Assembly: GCA_016699875.1 (NCBI GenBank)
Contig: CP064989.1
Span: forward strand, 712,788 to 776,787
Direction: 5' to 3'
DNA length: 64,000 nt
Source: Candidatus Moraniibacteriota bacterium
Lineage (GTDB): Bacteria > Patescibacteriota > Minisyncoccia > Moranbacterales > UBA1568
Both the position numbers and the translations under genes were made by a program. The notes below the pieces were generated by a model that was given only the letters and a program-made list of their open reading frames with translations, was not told where the DNA came from and did no database searches. Shown piece after piece: positions 27,921-40,500 of this stretch (the first letter of the stretch is position 1; each line of letters starts with the position of its first letter).

Positions 27921-29084
27921 ATGCCGCAGCCACACGGACTCGGGAGGGGGTTGTCTTCGCTTATTCCGCAAAATCAGAAGAAGTCGGAAGTATCAACTGG
28001 GGACAGTCCCCAGCCTGTTTCATCGGCAGCTACCGCTCAAAAGGCGAGTCCATTTGGTGTGAAGATGGCGCCGCTTCAGAAGCTGCCGCCTGTGCCTTCT
28101 GAAACAAGAGAGAAAAGTGTGAAATCGGCTGATCAAACTATCGCATCGGGCGCCTCCTCGGGTGTATCACAAAAACAGCAGGGTCTGTCCTCTCCAGTGT
28201 TTGATATTCCGGCGGTGCAGGTGGAAAATCCGAGCAGTCCTACGGAAATGTCATCAAGTTCTGTTGAAAATCCGCCGGTATCGACGGGAGAGGGGGTGGC
28301 ACTGTCAGTGCCTATTGGGAACGTGATACCAAATCCGCATCAGCCACGCATACAATTCAGCGAAGAAAAGCTCATGGAGCTCGCGCAATCAATCAAAGAG
28401 CATGGCATTCTCCAGCCGCTCATTGTGACGCGCTCAGGGGGTAATTTTGAGCTTATAGCGGGGGAACGCCGATTGCAGGCGGCGCGAATTGTCGGTCTTT
28501 CGGAAGTGCCGGTTATTGTGCGCGAGGCGGAGAATCAGGAAAAATTTGAGCTGGCTATTATTGAGAACATTCAGAGACACGATCTCAATCCGATCGAGGA
28601 AGCAAGAGCGTATGATCGGCTCTCGAAAGAATTTCAATTGTCGCAAGAATCCATAGCGAAGAAAATGGGGAGAAGCCGGAGTGCTATTGCCAATACGATG
28701 CGGCTTTTGCAGCTGCCGGTCGATATACAGCGCGCCGTTGCTGATGATAAGATTTCCGAAGGGCACGCAAAGGCATTGCTTGCTATCGATAATGCTGAGA
28801 AGCAGCGCGCGCTTTTTGAGATGATCGTGCAGCAGAGTCTCACTGTGCGTGAAGCGGAAGCAAAGTCTCGAGGTGTTTCGACTCGACCTCCGAAGAGAGT
28901 ATCGAAGGATCCGGAAATCGAAGGTCGGGAGAATACTTTGTCAGAAATATTTGGCACAAAAGTTCGCATCGCCAAGACAGCTTCCGGCGGAACAATTCGC
29001 ATCGAGTATTTCTCCGATGAAGAGTTTAAAAATATCTTCTCGAAACTTTCCGGAAAACATGAAGACGGAACCGGCAGTATGTGA
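27921..29084 (+). CDS. parB: ParB/Spo0J-family chromosome partitioning protein with an inserted ~120-aa low-complexity segment after the N-terminal GLGRGL motif; no adjacent parA
   Basis: MPQPHGLGRGLSSLIP ... IPNPHQPRIQFSEEKLMELAQSIKEHGILQPLIVT...ELIAGERRLQAARIVGL...VIVRE (ParB box and HTH) ... EGHAKALLAI. Confidence 0.9.
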   Translation: MPQPHGLGRGLSSLIPQNQKKSEVSTGDSPQPVSSAATAQKASPFGVKMAPLQKLPPVPSETREKSVKSADQTIASGASSGVSQKQQGLSSPVFDIPAVQVENPSSPTEMSSSSVENPPVSTGEGVALSVPIGNVIPNPHQPRIQFSEEKLMELAQSIKEHGILQPLIVTRSGGNFELIAGERRLQAARIVGLSEVPVIVREAENQEKFELAIIENIQRHDLNPIEEARAYDRLSKEFQLSQESIAKKMGRSRSAIANTMRLLQLPVDIQRAVADDKISEGHAKALLAIDNAEKQRALFEMIVQQSLTVREAEAKSRGVSTRPPKRVSKDPEIEGRENTLSEIFGTKVRIAKTASGGTIRIEYFSDEEFKNIFSKLSGKHEDGTGSM

Positions 29085-29140
29085 TCGCCTTTTTTGACGC
29101 TGCTTTCTGCTTTTGAGCGTCGCAGTCTCTCTTGGTCTGC

Positions 29141-30265
29141 TCAAAGGTAATTATCGCCTTTTTCTTGCCGTATCTTTTCCAAGAGTGTCTTCATTTCGGA
29201 AACCTTGTCTTTGCTGGCGACTAAAATACAGTCGTCTGTTTCGACGACAACGACGTTTTCGAGTCCGATTGTGGCAATGAGCTTTTTGTCTGAGAGAATG
29301 AGGCATTTCTCACTTCCCACATCGATATGATTTCCGCGTGCGATGATGGAGACTTCATGCCGCTTCTCGAGAAGATCAAAGAGCGCAGACCAGTTGCCGA
29401 CATCGCTCCATTCGAGTGGTGCCGGTATGACAGCTCGTTTTTCCGGGGGGAGTTTTTCAATAATGGCGGGTTCTATCGGATCATTCGGCAGTTCTTCAAA
29501 AAGCTTCTGTGTTTCTTGGGGATTATCTCTGGTGTTTCTCATGCGTTCGAGTGTCTGTGAGAGTTCCGGGGTGAAGACTCTTATTTGGGCCAAAAAAGCG
29601 CGTGCTGAGAAAATGAAATACCCGGCATTCCAGAGGTATTCCCAGTTTTTCAGATACTCCTCAGCGGTTTCTCGATCGGGCTTCTCTTTGAAGGAGTCGA
29701 TTGAAAAGACTCGGTGGTCGTGAACAACGCCGAGATCCTCACCCATTTTTATGTATCCAAAACCAGTGTCCGGAGCCGTGGGATTGATGCCTATAGTGAC
29801 TATTTTGTCATTGAATTTTGACGCAGTTTCGAATGCGGAAAGAAGTGCCGGAGAGAATGCATCGCCATTGGTGATAACGTGATCGGAAGCGATGGTGGCG
29901 ACGATGGCGTCGGGATCGCGATCAAATATTTCCTGTGCTGCCAGAGCGATAGCGGCGGCGGTACCGCGGGGAGCTGGCTCGATAATGAGATGATCGGCTT
30001 CGATTTCCGGGAGAAGATCGAGAACTTTCCGGCGATATCGGTCGCTCGTACCCACGAATATATTGCCGGTACCGGCGAGTGTCTTCCGAAGCCGTTCCCA
30101 GGTGTCTTCCAGGAGGGTCGATCCGCTTTCCGACAAGAAATTATGGAATTGTTTCGGTTTGGATTTTCTAGAGAGCGGCCAGAGTCGAGTGCCGCTCCCG
30201 CCCGCCATGATGACAGCGTAGAAGTGTGGATACTGAATAGGCTGTTCGCAAGTGTCTTCCGGCAT
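29141..30265 (-). CDS. Mannose-1-phosphate guanylyltransferase (GDP-mannose pyrophosphorylase)-like nucleotidyltransferase
   Basis: N-terminal AVIMAGGSGTRLWPLSRKSKPKQF (G-x-G-T-R-L nucleotide-binding motif), then a left-handed beta-helix-less NTP-transferase core. 374 aa. Confidence 0.8.
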   Translation of the reverse strand: MPEDTCEQPIQYPHFYAVIMAGGSGTRLWPLSRKSKPKQFHNFLSESGSTLLEDTWERLRKTLAGTGNIFVGTSDRYRRKVLDLLPEIEADHLIIEPAPRGTAAAIALAAQEIFDRDPDAIVATIASDHVITNGDAFSPALLSAFETASKFNDKIVTIGINPTAPDTGFGYIKMGEDLGVVHDHRVFSIDSFKEKPDRETAEEYLKNWEYLWNAGYFIFSARAFLAQIRVFTPELSQTLERMRNTRDNPQETQKLFEELPNDPIEPAIIEKLPPEKRAVIPAPLEWSDVGNWSALFDLLEKRHEVSIIARGNHIDVGSEKCLILSDKKLIATIGLENVVVVETDDCILVASKDKVSEMKTLLEKIRQEKGDNYL

Positions 30266-30412
30266 AGGACTTTTCGAAGTTATGTGCGATATGACAGGTT
30301 AAACGATGAGATAAAACAAACGGCGTATCCTCGAGAAGATCGTCTTCTTAAGGGGATTGAATTTCGTCCAAAGCTTTCCCTGATATTCGCACCATAGCGC
30401 GTTTTCTGTTTT

Positions 30413-31201
30413 TTGCAAGGGTTTTGCTATAATGCCAACATGATTGAGAAATTGAAATCTCCTTGGCGCCGGAGAGATGATCAATGGAACGATGATCGGG
30501 AGATCCCCTCGAAGATGTCGGGAAAGTTTCGTCGTGTTGTGAGGAGTGTTGCGATTCTTCTTGGGGTGGCGGTGATTGGCGGGTCAATAGCGGGCGGGGT
30601 CAACATGTGGCTTGCTCGTCGATCGGAACAATCGAAGCTACTGGCGGTTGAGAATGGAAAATCACAGGAGAGCGCTTTAAATGCCATAGAAGGTTCGCCG
30701 GTTGAATCGAATCCGGTGGCGGAAGTGCTGGGAGAGAATGATTTGGGAAGTATCGGCGTGCTTTCAAGTGAGAATTACCGTGTCGGGCAAATTGTACTTG
30801 GAGGCGATGTGGGATTGCTCTCGCAGGGTGATGAGCTGACTGAGCTTGGCATAAACGATATTCGCGGCGAAACATTGAGCAGTAAAAACCAAAATGAGGG
30901 TCGCGCGCTTATTACCTGGAGAACCAGTAAGGCAGCAAAGTCGACCCTGACTTATAGTAAAACGGCTGGCGGAAGCGAAAAGTCCATTGACGAGGATGGA
31001 TTCGGTATGTCACATAGCGCCGTTCTTTCCAACCTGGATCTTTCTTCGACGTATCTCTATACGGTGACGGTCCGTGATCGCTATGGAAATGAGGTGACGA
31101 GTGATCCGCATGCGGTATATACGGGGACTCGCGTCGTATCGCTTTTCGAGCTTATTACCAATGCGTTGCAAGAGGTCTTCGGGTGGGCAGTAAAGAAATA
31201 A
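30413..31201 (+). CDS. Hypothetical single-pass membrane protein with a C-terminal FN3/Ig-like beta domain
   Basis: TM AILLGVAVIGGSIAGGVNMWLA. C-terminal LITWRTSKAAKSTLTYSKTAGG...YLYTVTVRDRYGNEVTS is FN3-like. Confidence 0.5.
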   Translation: MQGFCYNANMIEKLKSPWRRRDDQWNDDREIPSKMSGKFRRVVRSVAILLGVAVIGGSIAGGVNMWLARRSEQSKLLAVENGKSQESALNAIEGSPVESNPVAEVLGENDLGSIGVLSSENYRVGQIVLGGDVGLLSQGDELTELGINDIRGETLSSKNQNEGRALITWRTSKAAKSTLTYSKTAGGSEKSIDEDGFGMSHSAVLSNLDLSSTYLYTVTVRDRYGNEVTSDPHAVYTGTRVVSLFELITNALQEVFGWAVKK

Positions 31202-31220
31202 CAAGTATCAAATTCTCTGT

Positions 31221-31238
31221 GGGAACCGCGCGGTTCCC
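31221..31238 (+). terminator. 18-bp perfect palindrome GGGAACCGCGCGGTTCCC after the preceding gene (terminator-like hairpin, weak T-tract)
   Basis: Read directly from the sequence. Followed by TTGGG. Confidence 0.35.
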
Positions 31239-31519
31239 TTGGGTCATTGAGTACGTGGATCATTCGAGGTGATTTTGACACGAAGAAGCTGAAGAATAGC
31301 AACGGATCATTTGGTTCGAACGCCGAGAACGGAATCTGTTTTGCGTAGTGGAGAAAGGATTTTATCTCTCTTGACAGAGCTCGGACGAGCTTTGTTTTTT
31401 TATCAATTTTGTAGTACTATTATGACTAAGCACATGGGTGCATTTTCTTAATTCAGATGCTCTCGACTGAAGTGGCGAGGAGAACACGCTTTTGTTCTCC
31501 CGAAGCACTTCGATCCTGA

Positions 31520-34500
31520 ATGCATTTCTTCAATCAAAACAAAAAGAGGAGCCTCTTCACTTTGATTCGTTCGGTGTTGCAGGCAGAAGAGCATTTCATT
31601 GTACTTCTTTCGGTAGGAATACTGGCGGGAGTTTGTCTCTGGGGAATGGCTTCTCAGTCTGTTTTTGCGCAGGCAATTCCCGGCACGGCACAGGTGCTGG
31701 GGAGTGAGAAGCAAATCAGTGCTTCGGCAATACTTCTGGATGGCAAAGGATCGCCAGTGCCAAATGGCGAGTATGAAGTGCGGTTTAGTATCTACCGTGC
31801 CGACCGGACAACGAGCGATCCGTATCCATCTGACACGGATGCCCCGCTTCGTGTGTGGGAGGAAACGCAAACAGCGACCGTGAAGAATGGCATCATGAAT
31901 GCCTATCTCGGTGTCACGACGCCTTTCCCTGGAAATCTTACTTTCGAAGGCGGGGAATACTTTCTTGGGGTTCGCGTGGGAACGGATTCGGAAATGATTC
32001 CGCGGAAGAAGTTCGGCACTTTCACCAATGCGATTAATTCGCAGTTTTTGCGTGGTCGGACATTTGGCACAAATGCGGGAGATATTGCGACCTATGGCAC
32101 CAATGGGAAATTTGATATCAAGCAGCTTCCGACGGGAACGAGCGGGAATAAGTTGCTTCTTGCAAACAATAAGGATTTTACGGGAGTGCTCGATGATGTA
32201 TCGGGTCTCTTGGATGATGTCTCAACGCTTCAGAACGACAGTCATGCGCAGAATACCGATACGGGGACAGACTCCCTGACATTCAATGTAGGATCCGATA
32301 CGGCAGTCGGCTCATCAAACTTTGGTTTTACTGTTTCGAGCGCTGGCACGAAACCGGAGCTCCGATATAACAGCTCTTTGAGTCAGTGGGAATTCTCCGA
32401 TGACGGTTCGGTCTTTACGGCACTCAATGCTGGTTCTGGAGGTGGCGTGAATGGATCGGGCACGAGCGGACAGATTGCCTACTGGACAGGGACAAGCACG
32501 CTTGGATCGGAAGCACATCTCTCAGCTTCGCGTGGTGGAACGGGTATCGACACATCAAGCTCGACGGGTGTGCCAGTTGTTTCGTCCGGCACATGGAGCA
32601 TTGCCTCGGCACTTGGCGTGTCGCAGGGCGGCACAGGACTTTCCTCAACACCAGCGAATGGGGAATTGCTTATCGGGAATGGATCCGGGTTTGCACTTGC
32701 GACGCTTTCGACTGGAAGTGGTCTTGCGCTTTCGAATGGGGCAGGATCAATTAACTTGGCACTTGACGTGACGACGACAGGCACAACTGCTACAACGCAG
32801 TCGAATTCTGGACTTGAGCTGGTTGCATCGGGACTTCGGCTTCTTGGCGGATGCTCCGATGGGGAAATACTTAAATGGGACAGTGGAAGCTCGGTGTGGG
32901 CATGTTCGAGTGATCTTGGTGGTGCAACGGCGATTATCAATGTGAATGAAGGGTCGACAGCCTATACTGGCATTGATACGCTTACATTTGACGCGGATGA
33001 CTTCAGTATTTCCCAACTCGGAAGCGAAGCAACAGTGACGATTGATTATGCAAATTCCGGTATCGCTCGGCTTGGTCAGGATGAAACCGTGACGGGGGCT
33101 TGGGACTTTTCCGGAAATACTACTTTTGGCACGATTGTTGGTGGTGTCTGGAATGGTACAGCGATCGGTGCGACCTATGGTGGCACTGGCATTAATACCT
33201 CCGGCTCAACTGGCGTACCGTATATAACGGGTGGCACATGGAGCGTTGATGCGACGGCGCTCTCGGTTGCACATGGAGGAACGGGTGCGACGAGTCTTGC
33301 AAACTTGATTGCCCTCACCACCGACACCACCGGCAACTACGTCCAATCCATTACCAATGGCAACGGTATCACTGGTGGAAACGGAGGATCTGAAGGAGCA
33401 ACTCTCACCCTCTCCCTCAACCTCCTCACCTCCGCAGACGGCACCGGCTCCACCTCCTCCAACTCCGGCCTCGAATTCCAAGGCACCAGCTCCAATGAAC
33501 TCTCTCTCCTCCAAGGATGTGCTAACAACGAAGTCCTTTCTTGGAACGACTCTACAAATGTCTGGCAATGTGCCAGCGTCTCCGGAGTAGGCGGTGTTAC
33601 CGGAAGCGCCACCAGCGGACAGGTTGCCTATTGGACCGGAACCTCAACGCTCTCCGGAGAAGATCAGGTAACTGTTGCCCAAGGGGGAACGGGAATCGGA
33701 AGCTATACCACCGGAGACATTCTCTATGCGTCAGGAGCCACAACTCTTGCCAAACTTGCTGATGTTGCAACCGGAAATGTTCTTATCTCCGGAGGGGTGG
33801 GAGTGCAACCGCAGTGGGGGAAGGTGGCGCTCGGAAGTGCTGTGAGTGGGACTCTTCCGGTAGCGAATGGAGGAACGGGGGCGACTACGCTCACGGCCAA
33901 CGGAGTCATTTATGGAAACGGTACTGGCGCCATTCAAGCGACTTCTGCCGGAACCGACGCTCAAATACTCATAGCCAATGCTTCCGGTGTGCCTACGTTC
34001 GTTACTCTGGGCGGCGACGCTACGGTCAACAATTCCGGATCTCTCACCATTGCTGCCAACAGTGTTGCCCTCACCACCGACACCACCGGCAACTACGTCC
34101 AATCCATTACCAATGGCAACGGTATCACTGGTGGAAACGGAGGATCTGAAGGAGCAACTCTCACCCTCTCCCTCAACCTCCTCACCTCCGCAGACGGCAC
34201 CGGCTCCACCTCCTCCAACTCCGGCCTCGAATTCCAAGGCACCAGCTCCAATGAACTCTCTCTCCTCCAAGGATGTGCTAACAACGAAGTCCTTTCTTGG
34301 AACGACTCTACAAATGTCTGGCAATGTGCCAGCGTCTCCGGAGTAGGCGGTGTTACCGGAAGCGCCACCAGCGGACAGGTTGCCTATTGGACCGGAACCT
34401 CAACGCTCTCCGGAGAAGATCAGGTAACTGTTGCCCAAGGGGGAACGGGAATCGGAAGCTACACCACCGGAGACATTCTCTATGCGTCAGGAGCCACGAC

Positions 34501-37500
34501 TCTCGCTAAACTTGCTGATGTCGCAACCGGAAATGTTCTTATCTCCGGAGGGGTGGGAGTGCAACCGCAGTGGGGGAAGGTGGCTTTGGGCACATATACC
34601 TCAGGGAATTACGTGGCGAATGCGAGTACGTCGACACTTACAGGGTTGACTGGCGGGTCCGGCGGATCGGTGGGCGCGTCGCTCTCGCTCGCTTTTGACT
34701 ACACGACTCCGCTTACGGGTGACCCGGCGCTTTCGGCAAACAATGCTATCTTTGGAACCAACGGACTCATCTTCGAAGGGGCGACCGCGAATACATTTGA
34801 GACCTATGTCACTTTGACTGACCCAACGGCAGATCGAACGCTGACGCTTCCCAATGTGACTGGAACGATTGCAACGCTGAATGGCGGTCAAATATTTACT
34901 TCCGCCACATGGAACGGCACGGCGATCGGCGCGACCTATGGCGGTACAGGCATCAATACGATTGGTTCAACCGGTGTGCCATATATAAATGGCGGGGCAT
35001 GGAGCGTCGACTCAGCGGCGCTTGCCGTGGCGCATGGTGGGACGGGACTTACGACTTTTGGCGGGACAAATACGCTTCTTTATACGACAACTGCTAATAC
35101 GCTCGCGTCTATTTCGGCTGCGGCAAATAGTATTCTGGTGACGAACGGGTCGAATGTTCCTTCGCTTTCGACCGATATCCCGACGGCGGTTACTATTGGT
35201 TCCGCCTATATCTACCGTGTGGGCGGTACTGATGTGTCGCTCGCCGACGGCGGCACCGGCTCCTCTCTCTCCGACCCCAATGCCGACCGCATCCTCTTCT
35301 GGGACGACTCCGCCGGAGCTGTCACCTGGCTTTCTCCTTCTTCCAACCTCTCTATTAGTACAACCACTCTTGATCTCGCCTCTTCCATAAACATCAATAC
35401 GCTCCAACTCGGCACCGACGGCACCGACGGTTCTTTCATCATCTACTCCGAACAAGGGGCAACTGACTATACCACTACCTTCCAACCGGGAGCACAGTCA
35501 CAAAACATTACCTATACGCTTCCGAATGATGATGGAACAAGCGGACAGGTGCTTATTACGGATGGGACGGGAGCACTCTCGTGGTCGAGTGTTTCCGGTG
35601 CGGGCGGTGTGACAGGGACAAGCACGAGCGGGTATGCAGTCTATTGGGATAGTACGAACTCGATTGCTGGCGAGCCATACCTCTCCTTAACTCGCGGTGG
35701 AACAGGAACAACGCTTTCCGATCCGGGAGCCGATCGCATTCTCTTCTGGGACGATTCGGTCGGTGCGATTGATTGGCTTTCTGCCGGATCAAATCTTTCT
35801 ATTAGTGGAACGACCATTAACCTCGCGTCGAGCATACAACTCGGATCGGACGGATCGGACGGAGTGCTTACCATTTATTCCGAGCAGGGTGCAACCGATT
35901 ATACCTCGACTTTCCAGCCGGGAACGCAGACGCAGAATATCACTTATACGCTGCCGGCGGATGATGGTGCTGCGAGTCAGGTACTCGTCACTGATGGGAC
36001 CGGGAACCTTTCGTGGCAATCGGTGTCTGGCGTTGGCGCGCTCGATGGATCAGGTTTAACTGATGCTGTTGCCTACTGGGTGGATAGCAACACGCTTACC
36101 TATGAAACAGCGCTCGCCCTTTCCCGTGGCGGCACCGGCTCCTCTCTCTCCGACCCCAATGCTGACCGCATCCTCTTCTGGGACGACTCTGCTGGAGCGG
36201 TCACTTGGCTTTCTCCTTCTTCCAACCTCTCTATTAGTACAACCACTCTTGACCTCGCTTCTTCTGTAAACGTCAATACTCTCCAACTCGGTACCGACGG
36301 CACCGACGGTTCTTTCATCATCTACTCCGAACAAGGGGCAACTGACTATACCACTACCTTCCAACCGGGAGCACAGTCACAGAACATCACCTATACGCTT
36401 CCGAATGATGATGGAACAAGCGGACAGGTGCTCATCACGGATGGATCAGGCATACTCTCCTGGACATCCGCTGGCTCTGGCGGTATCGGTGACATTACCG
36501 CGATCGGAGATGTAGCGAGTGGGGATGCCTTTACGGCAAGTGGTACCCAGGGAACCAGTCTCTACTTCTATGATGTGGATGGAAGGGGACAACTCACGAT
36601 TGCCAATCTCACGGCTGCTCGGATGTATACGCTTCCAGATGCCACTGGAACTATTATCACTACGGGCAATCTCACCGGTATTACCGCAACAGGCACGATT
36701 GCGAGTGGGACGTGGAATGGGACAGCGATCGGTGCAGCGTATGGCGGAACCGGACTTGATACATCCGGTGGTTCGACGACTGGAGTGCCTACTATTAGTA
36801 GTGGGGTGTGGAGTGTCTCGAGTTCGCTTGATGTGACGCTTGGTGGTACCGGCACGAGCGCACTTTCCTCCGGCGGTCTTCTCTATGGTAATGGCACTTC
36901 GGCAATCGGCGCTTTGAGCGTGATGACGAATGGCCAACTCCTTATCGGCGATGGCACGGGCGTGCCGACACTTGCGACGCTTTCGGAAGGGGATGGGGTT
37001 ACGGTGACAAATGGCGCCGGTTCCATCACCCTCTCCCTCAACCTCCTCACCTCCGCAGACGGTACCGGCTCCACCTCCTCCAACTCCGGCCTCGAATTCC
37101 AAGGCACCAGCTCCAATGAACTCTCTCTCCTCCAAGGATGTGCTAACAACGAAGTCCTTTCTTGGAACGACTCTACAAATGTCTGGCAATGTGCCAGCGT
37201 CTCCGGAGTAGGCGGTGTTACCGGAAGCGCCACCAGCGGACAGGTTGCCTATTGGACCGGAACCTCAACGCTCTCCGGAGAAGATCAGGTAACTGTTGCC
37301 CAAGGGGAACGGGAATCGGAAGCTATACCACCGGAGACATTCTCTATGCGTCAGGAGCCACAACTCTTGCCAAACTTGCTGATGTCGCAACCGGAAATGT
37401 TCTTATCTCCGGAGGGGTGGGAGTGGCACCGAGCTGGGGGAAGGTGGCATTGGGTACGCATACCTCGGGGAATTATGTTGCAAATGCGAGCACGTCGACC

Positions 37501-40500
37501 TTGACCGGTCTTACGGGCGGATCCGGCGGATCGGCGGGCGCGTCGCTCTCGCTCGCTTTTGACTACACGACTCCGCTTACGGGTGATCCGGCGCTTTCGG
37601 CAAATAATACAATCTTTGGAACAAACGGCCTTATATTTGAAGGGGCGACCGCGAATACATTTGAGACCTATGTCACTTTGACTGACCCAACGGCAGATCG
37701 AACACTGACACTTCCCAATGTGACCGGAACGATTGCAACGCTGAATGGCGGTCAAACATTTACTTCCGCCACATGGAACGGCACGGCGATCGGTGCGACC
37801 TATGGCGGTACAGGTATCAATACGATTGGTTCAACCGGTGTGCCATATATAAATGGCGGGGCGTGGAGCGTCGACTCAACAGCGCTTGCCGTGGCACATG
37901 GTGGCACGGGACTTACGACTTTTGGCGGGACAAATACGCTTCTTTATACGACAACTGCTAATACGCTCGCGTCTATTTCAGCTGCGGCAAATAGTATTCT
38001 GGTGACGAACGGGTCGAATGTTCCTTCGCTTGCAACTGATATCCCGACGGCGGTTACTATTGGTTCTGCCTATATCTACCGTGTGGGCGGTACTGATATA
38101 TCGCTCGCCGACGGCGGCACCGGCTCCTCTCTCTCCGACCCCAATGCTGACCGCATCCTTTTCTGGGACGACTCTGCCGGAGCGGTCACCTGGCTTTCTC
38201 CTTCTTCCAACCTCTCTATTAGTACAACCACTCTTGACCTCGCTTCTTCCGTAAACATCAATACTCTCCAACTCGGCACCGACGGCTCCGACGGCTCCTT
38301 CATCATCTACTCCGAACAAGGGGCAACTGACTATACCACTACCTTCCAACCGGGAGCACAGTCACAAAACATTACCTATACGCTTCCGAATGATGATGGA
38401 ACAAGCGGACAGGTGCTTATTACGGATGGGACGGGAGCACTCTCGTGGTCGAGTGTTTCCGGTGCGGGCGGTGTGACAGGGACAAGCACGAGCGGGTATG
38501 CAGTCTATTGGGATAGTACGAACTCGATTGCTGGCGAGCCATACCTCTCCTTAACTCGCGGTGGAACAGGAACAACGCTCTCCGACCCCAATGCTGACCG
38601 CATCCTTTTCTGGGACGACTCTGCCGGAGCGGTCACCTGGCTTTCTCCTTCTTCCAACCTCTCTATTAGTACAACCACTCTTGACCTCGCTTCTTCCGTA
38701 AACATCAATACTCTCCAACTCGGCACCGACGGCTCCGACGGCTCCTTCATCATCTACTCCGAACAAGGGGCAACTGACTATACCACTACCTTCCAACCGG
38801 GAGCACAGTCACAAAACATTACCTATACGCTTCCGAATGATGATGGAACAAGCGGACAGGTGCTTATTACGGATGGGACGGGAGCACTCTCGTGGTCGAG
38901 TGTTTCCGGTGCGGGCGGTGTGACAGGGACAAGCACGAGCGGGTATGCAGTCTATTGGGATAGTACGAACTCGATTGCTGGCGAGCCATACCTCTCCTTA
39001 ACTCGCGGTGGAACAGGAACAACGCTCTCCGACCCCAATGCTGACCGCATCCTTTTCTGGGACGACTCTGCCGGAGCGGTCACCTGGCTTTCTCCTTCTT
39101 CCAACTCTCTCTATTAGTACAACCACTCTTGACCTCGCTTCTTCCGTAAACATCAATACTCTCCAACTCGGCACCGACGGCTCCGACGGCTCCTTCATCA
39201 TCTACTCCGAACAAGGGGCAACTGACTATACCACTACCTTCCAACCGGGAGCACAGTCACAAAACATTACCTATACGCTTCCGAATGATGATGGAACAAG
39301 CGGACAGGTGCTTATTACGGATGGGACGGGCATACTCTCCTGGACATCCGCTGGCTCTGGCGGCATCGGTGACATTACCGCGATCGGAGATGTAGCGAGT
39401 GGGGATGCCTTTACGGCAAGTGGTACCCAGGGAACCAGTCTCTACTTCTATGATGCGGACGGCAGAGGACAACTCACGATTGCCAATCTTTCTGCGGCAC
39501 GGACGTATACGTTGCCGGATGTGAGTGGCACAATTGCAACACTGAATGGCGGACAGACCTTTACGAGTGCTACGTGGAACGGATCGACAGTCGGAGTGGC
39601 GTATGGCGGAACAGGCGTTACTACCTTTGGCGGGACGAATACGCTCCTCTATACGACTTCCGCCAATACACTGACATCACTCGCTACGGCAAACAGCTCG
39701 ATTCTTATTACGAATGGCTCCGGTGTTCCATCCATTGCAACCGATATCCCGACAGCAGTTACTATCGGCTCTTCCTATATCTATCGTGCGGGCGGGACTG
39801 ATGTGTCGGTTGCGGATGGTGGTACGGGCTTGAGTTCCTATACTGCTGGCGATCTTCTCTATGCTTCCAATACAACAACGCTCGCCGGGCTCGCCGATAT
39901 TGCCACCGGAAACGTGCTCCTCTCGGGTGGCGTTAGTTCGTCGCCATTGTGGGGAAAGGTAGTGCTTGGGACGCATACGACCGGGAACTATGTCGCATCG
40001 GCAACGGCGAGTGGGGGACTCACGATGACCGGGACGGCTGGAGGAAGTCTCGGCATTCTTCTTCAGCCTTCGACGGACGCGCTCTCCTCGACCACGAGCT
40101 CCGGATCAGGCATGGAACTTCTCTCGACTGGACTCTCACTTTTACAGGGTTGTTCAAATGAACAAGTGCTTTCTTGGAACGAAGCATCCGATGTGTGGGA
40201 ATGTTCGGACAAAACTGCTGGCACGAGCGACTGGACAGCAGTGATTGGGACGCCGAATTTCTCCTATCTCACTGATACGAGTGCACATTTGGTGGTAGGT
40301 GGATCGACGGAAGCGGCTGGTGCTTTTGATTTTGATGTGACTACCACAAAGCTCAATATTGGCGCGGCGGCAAGTTTTGACACATTCATTATTGCTCCGG
40401 TTACGAAGGGAACAACGTCCCATTCTGGGACATTGACTACTGCCGATCTTACAACAGCAAGTCGCACATGGACCCTCCCCGACGAAACTGGCACCATCTG

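Noticed and set aside
31240-31340. tRNA-like GGTTCGAAC motif (31298-31306) in the intergenic region
   Set aside because: The flanking sequence cannot be folded into an acceptor, D or anticodon stem. No GTGGC / TAGCTCAGTTGG-type D-loop is present. It is probably a chance T-loop-like string.
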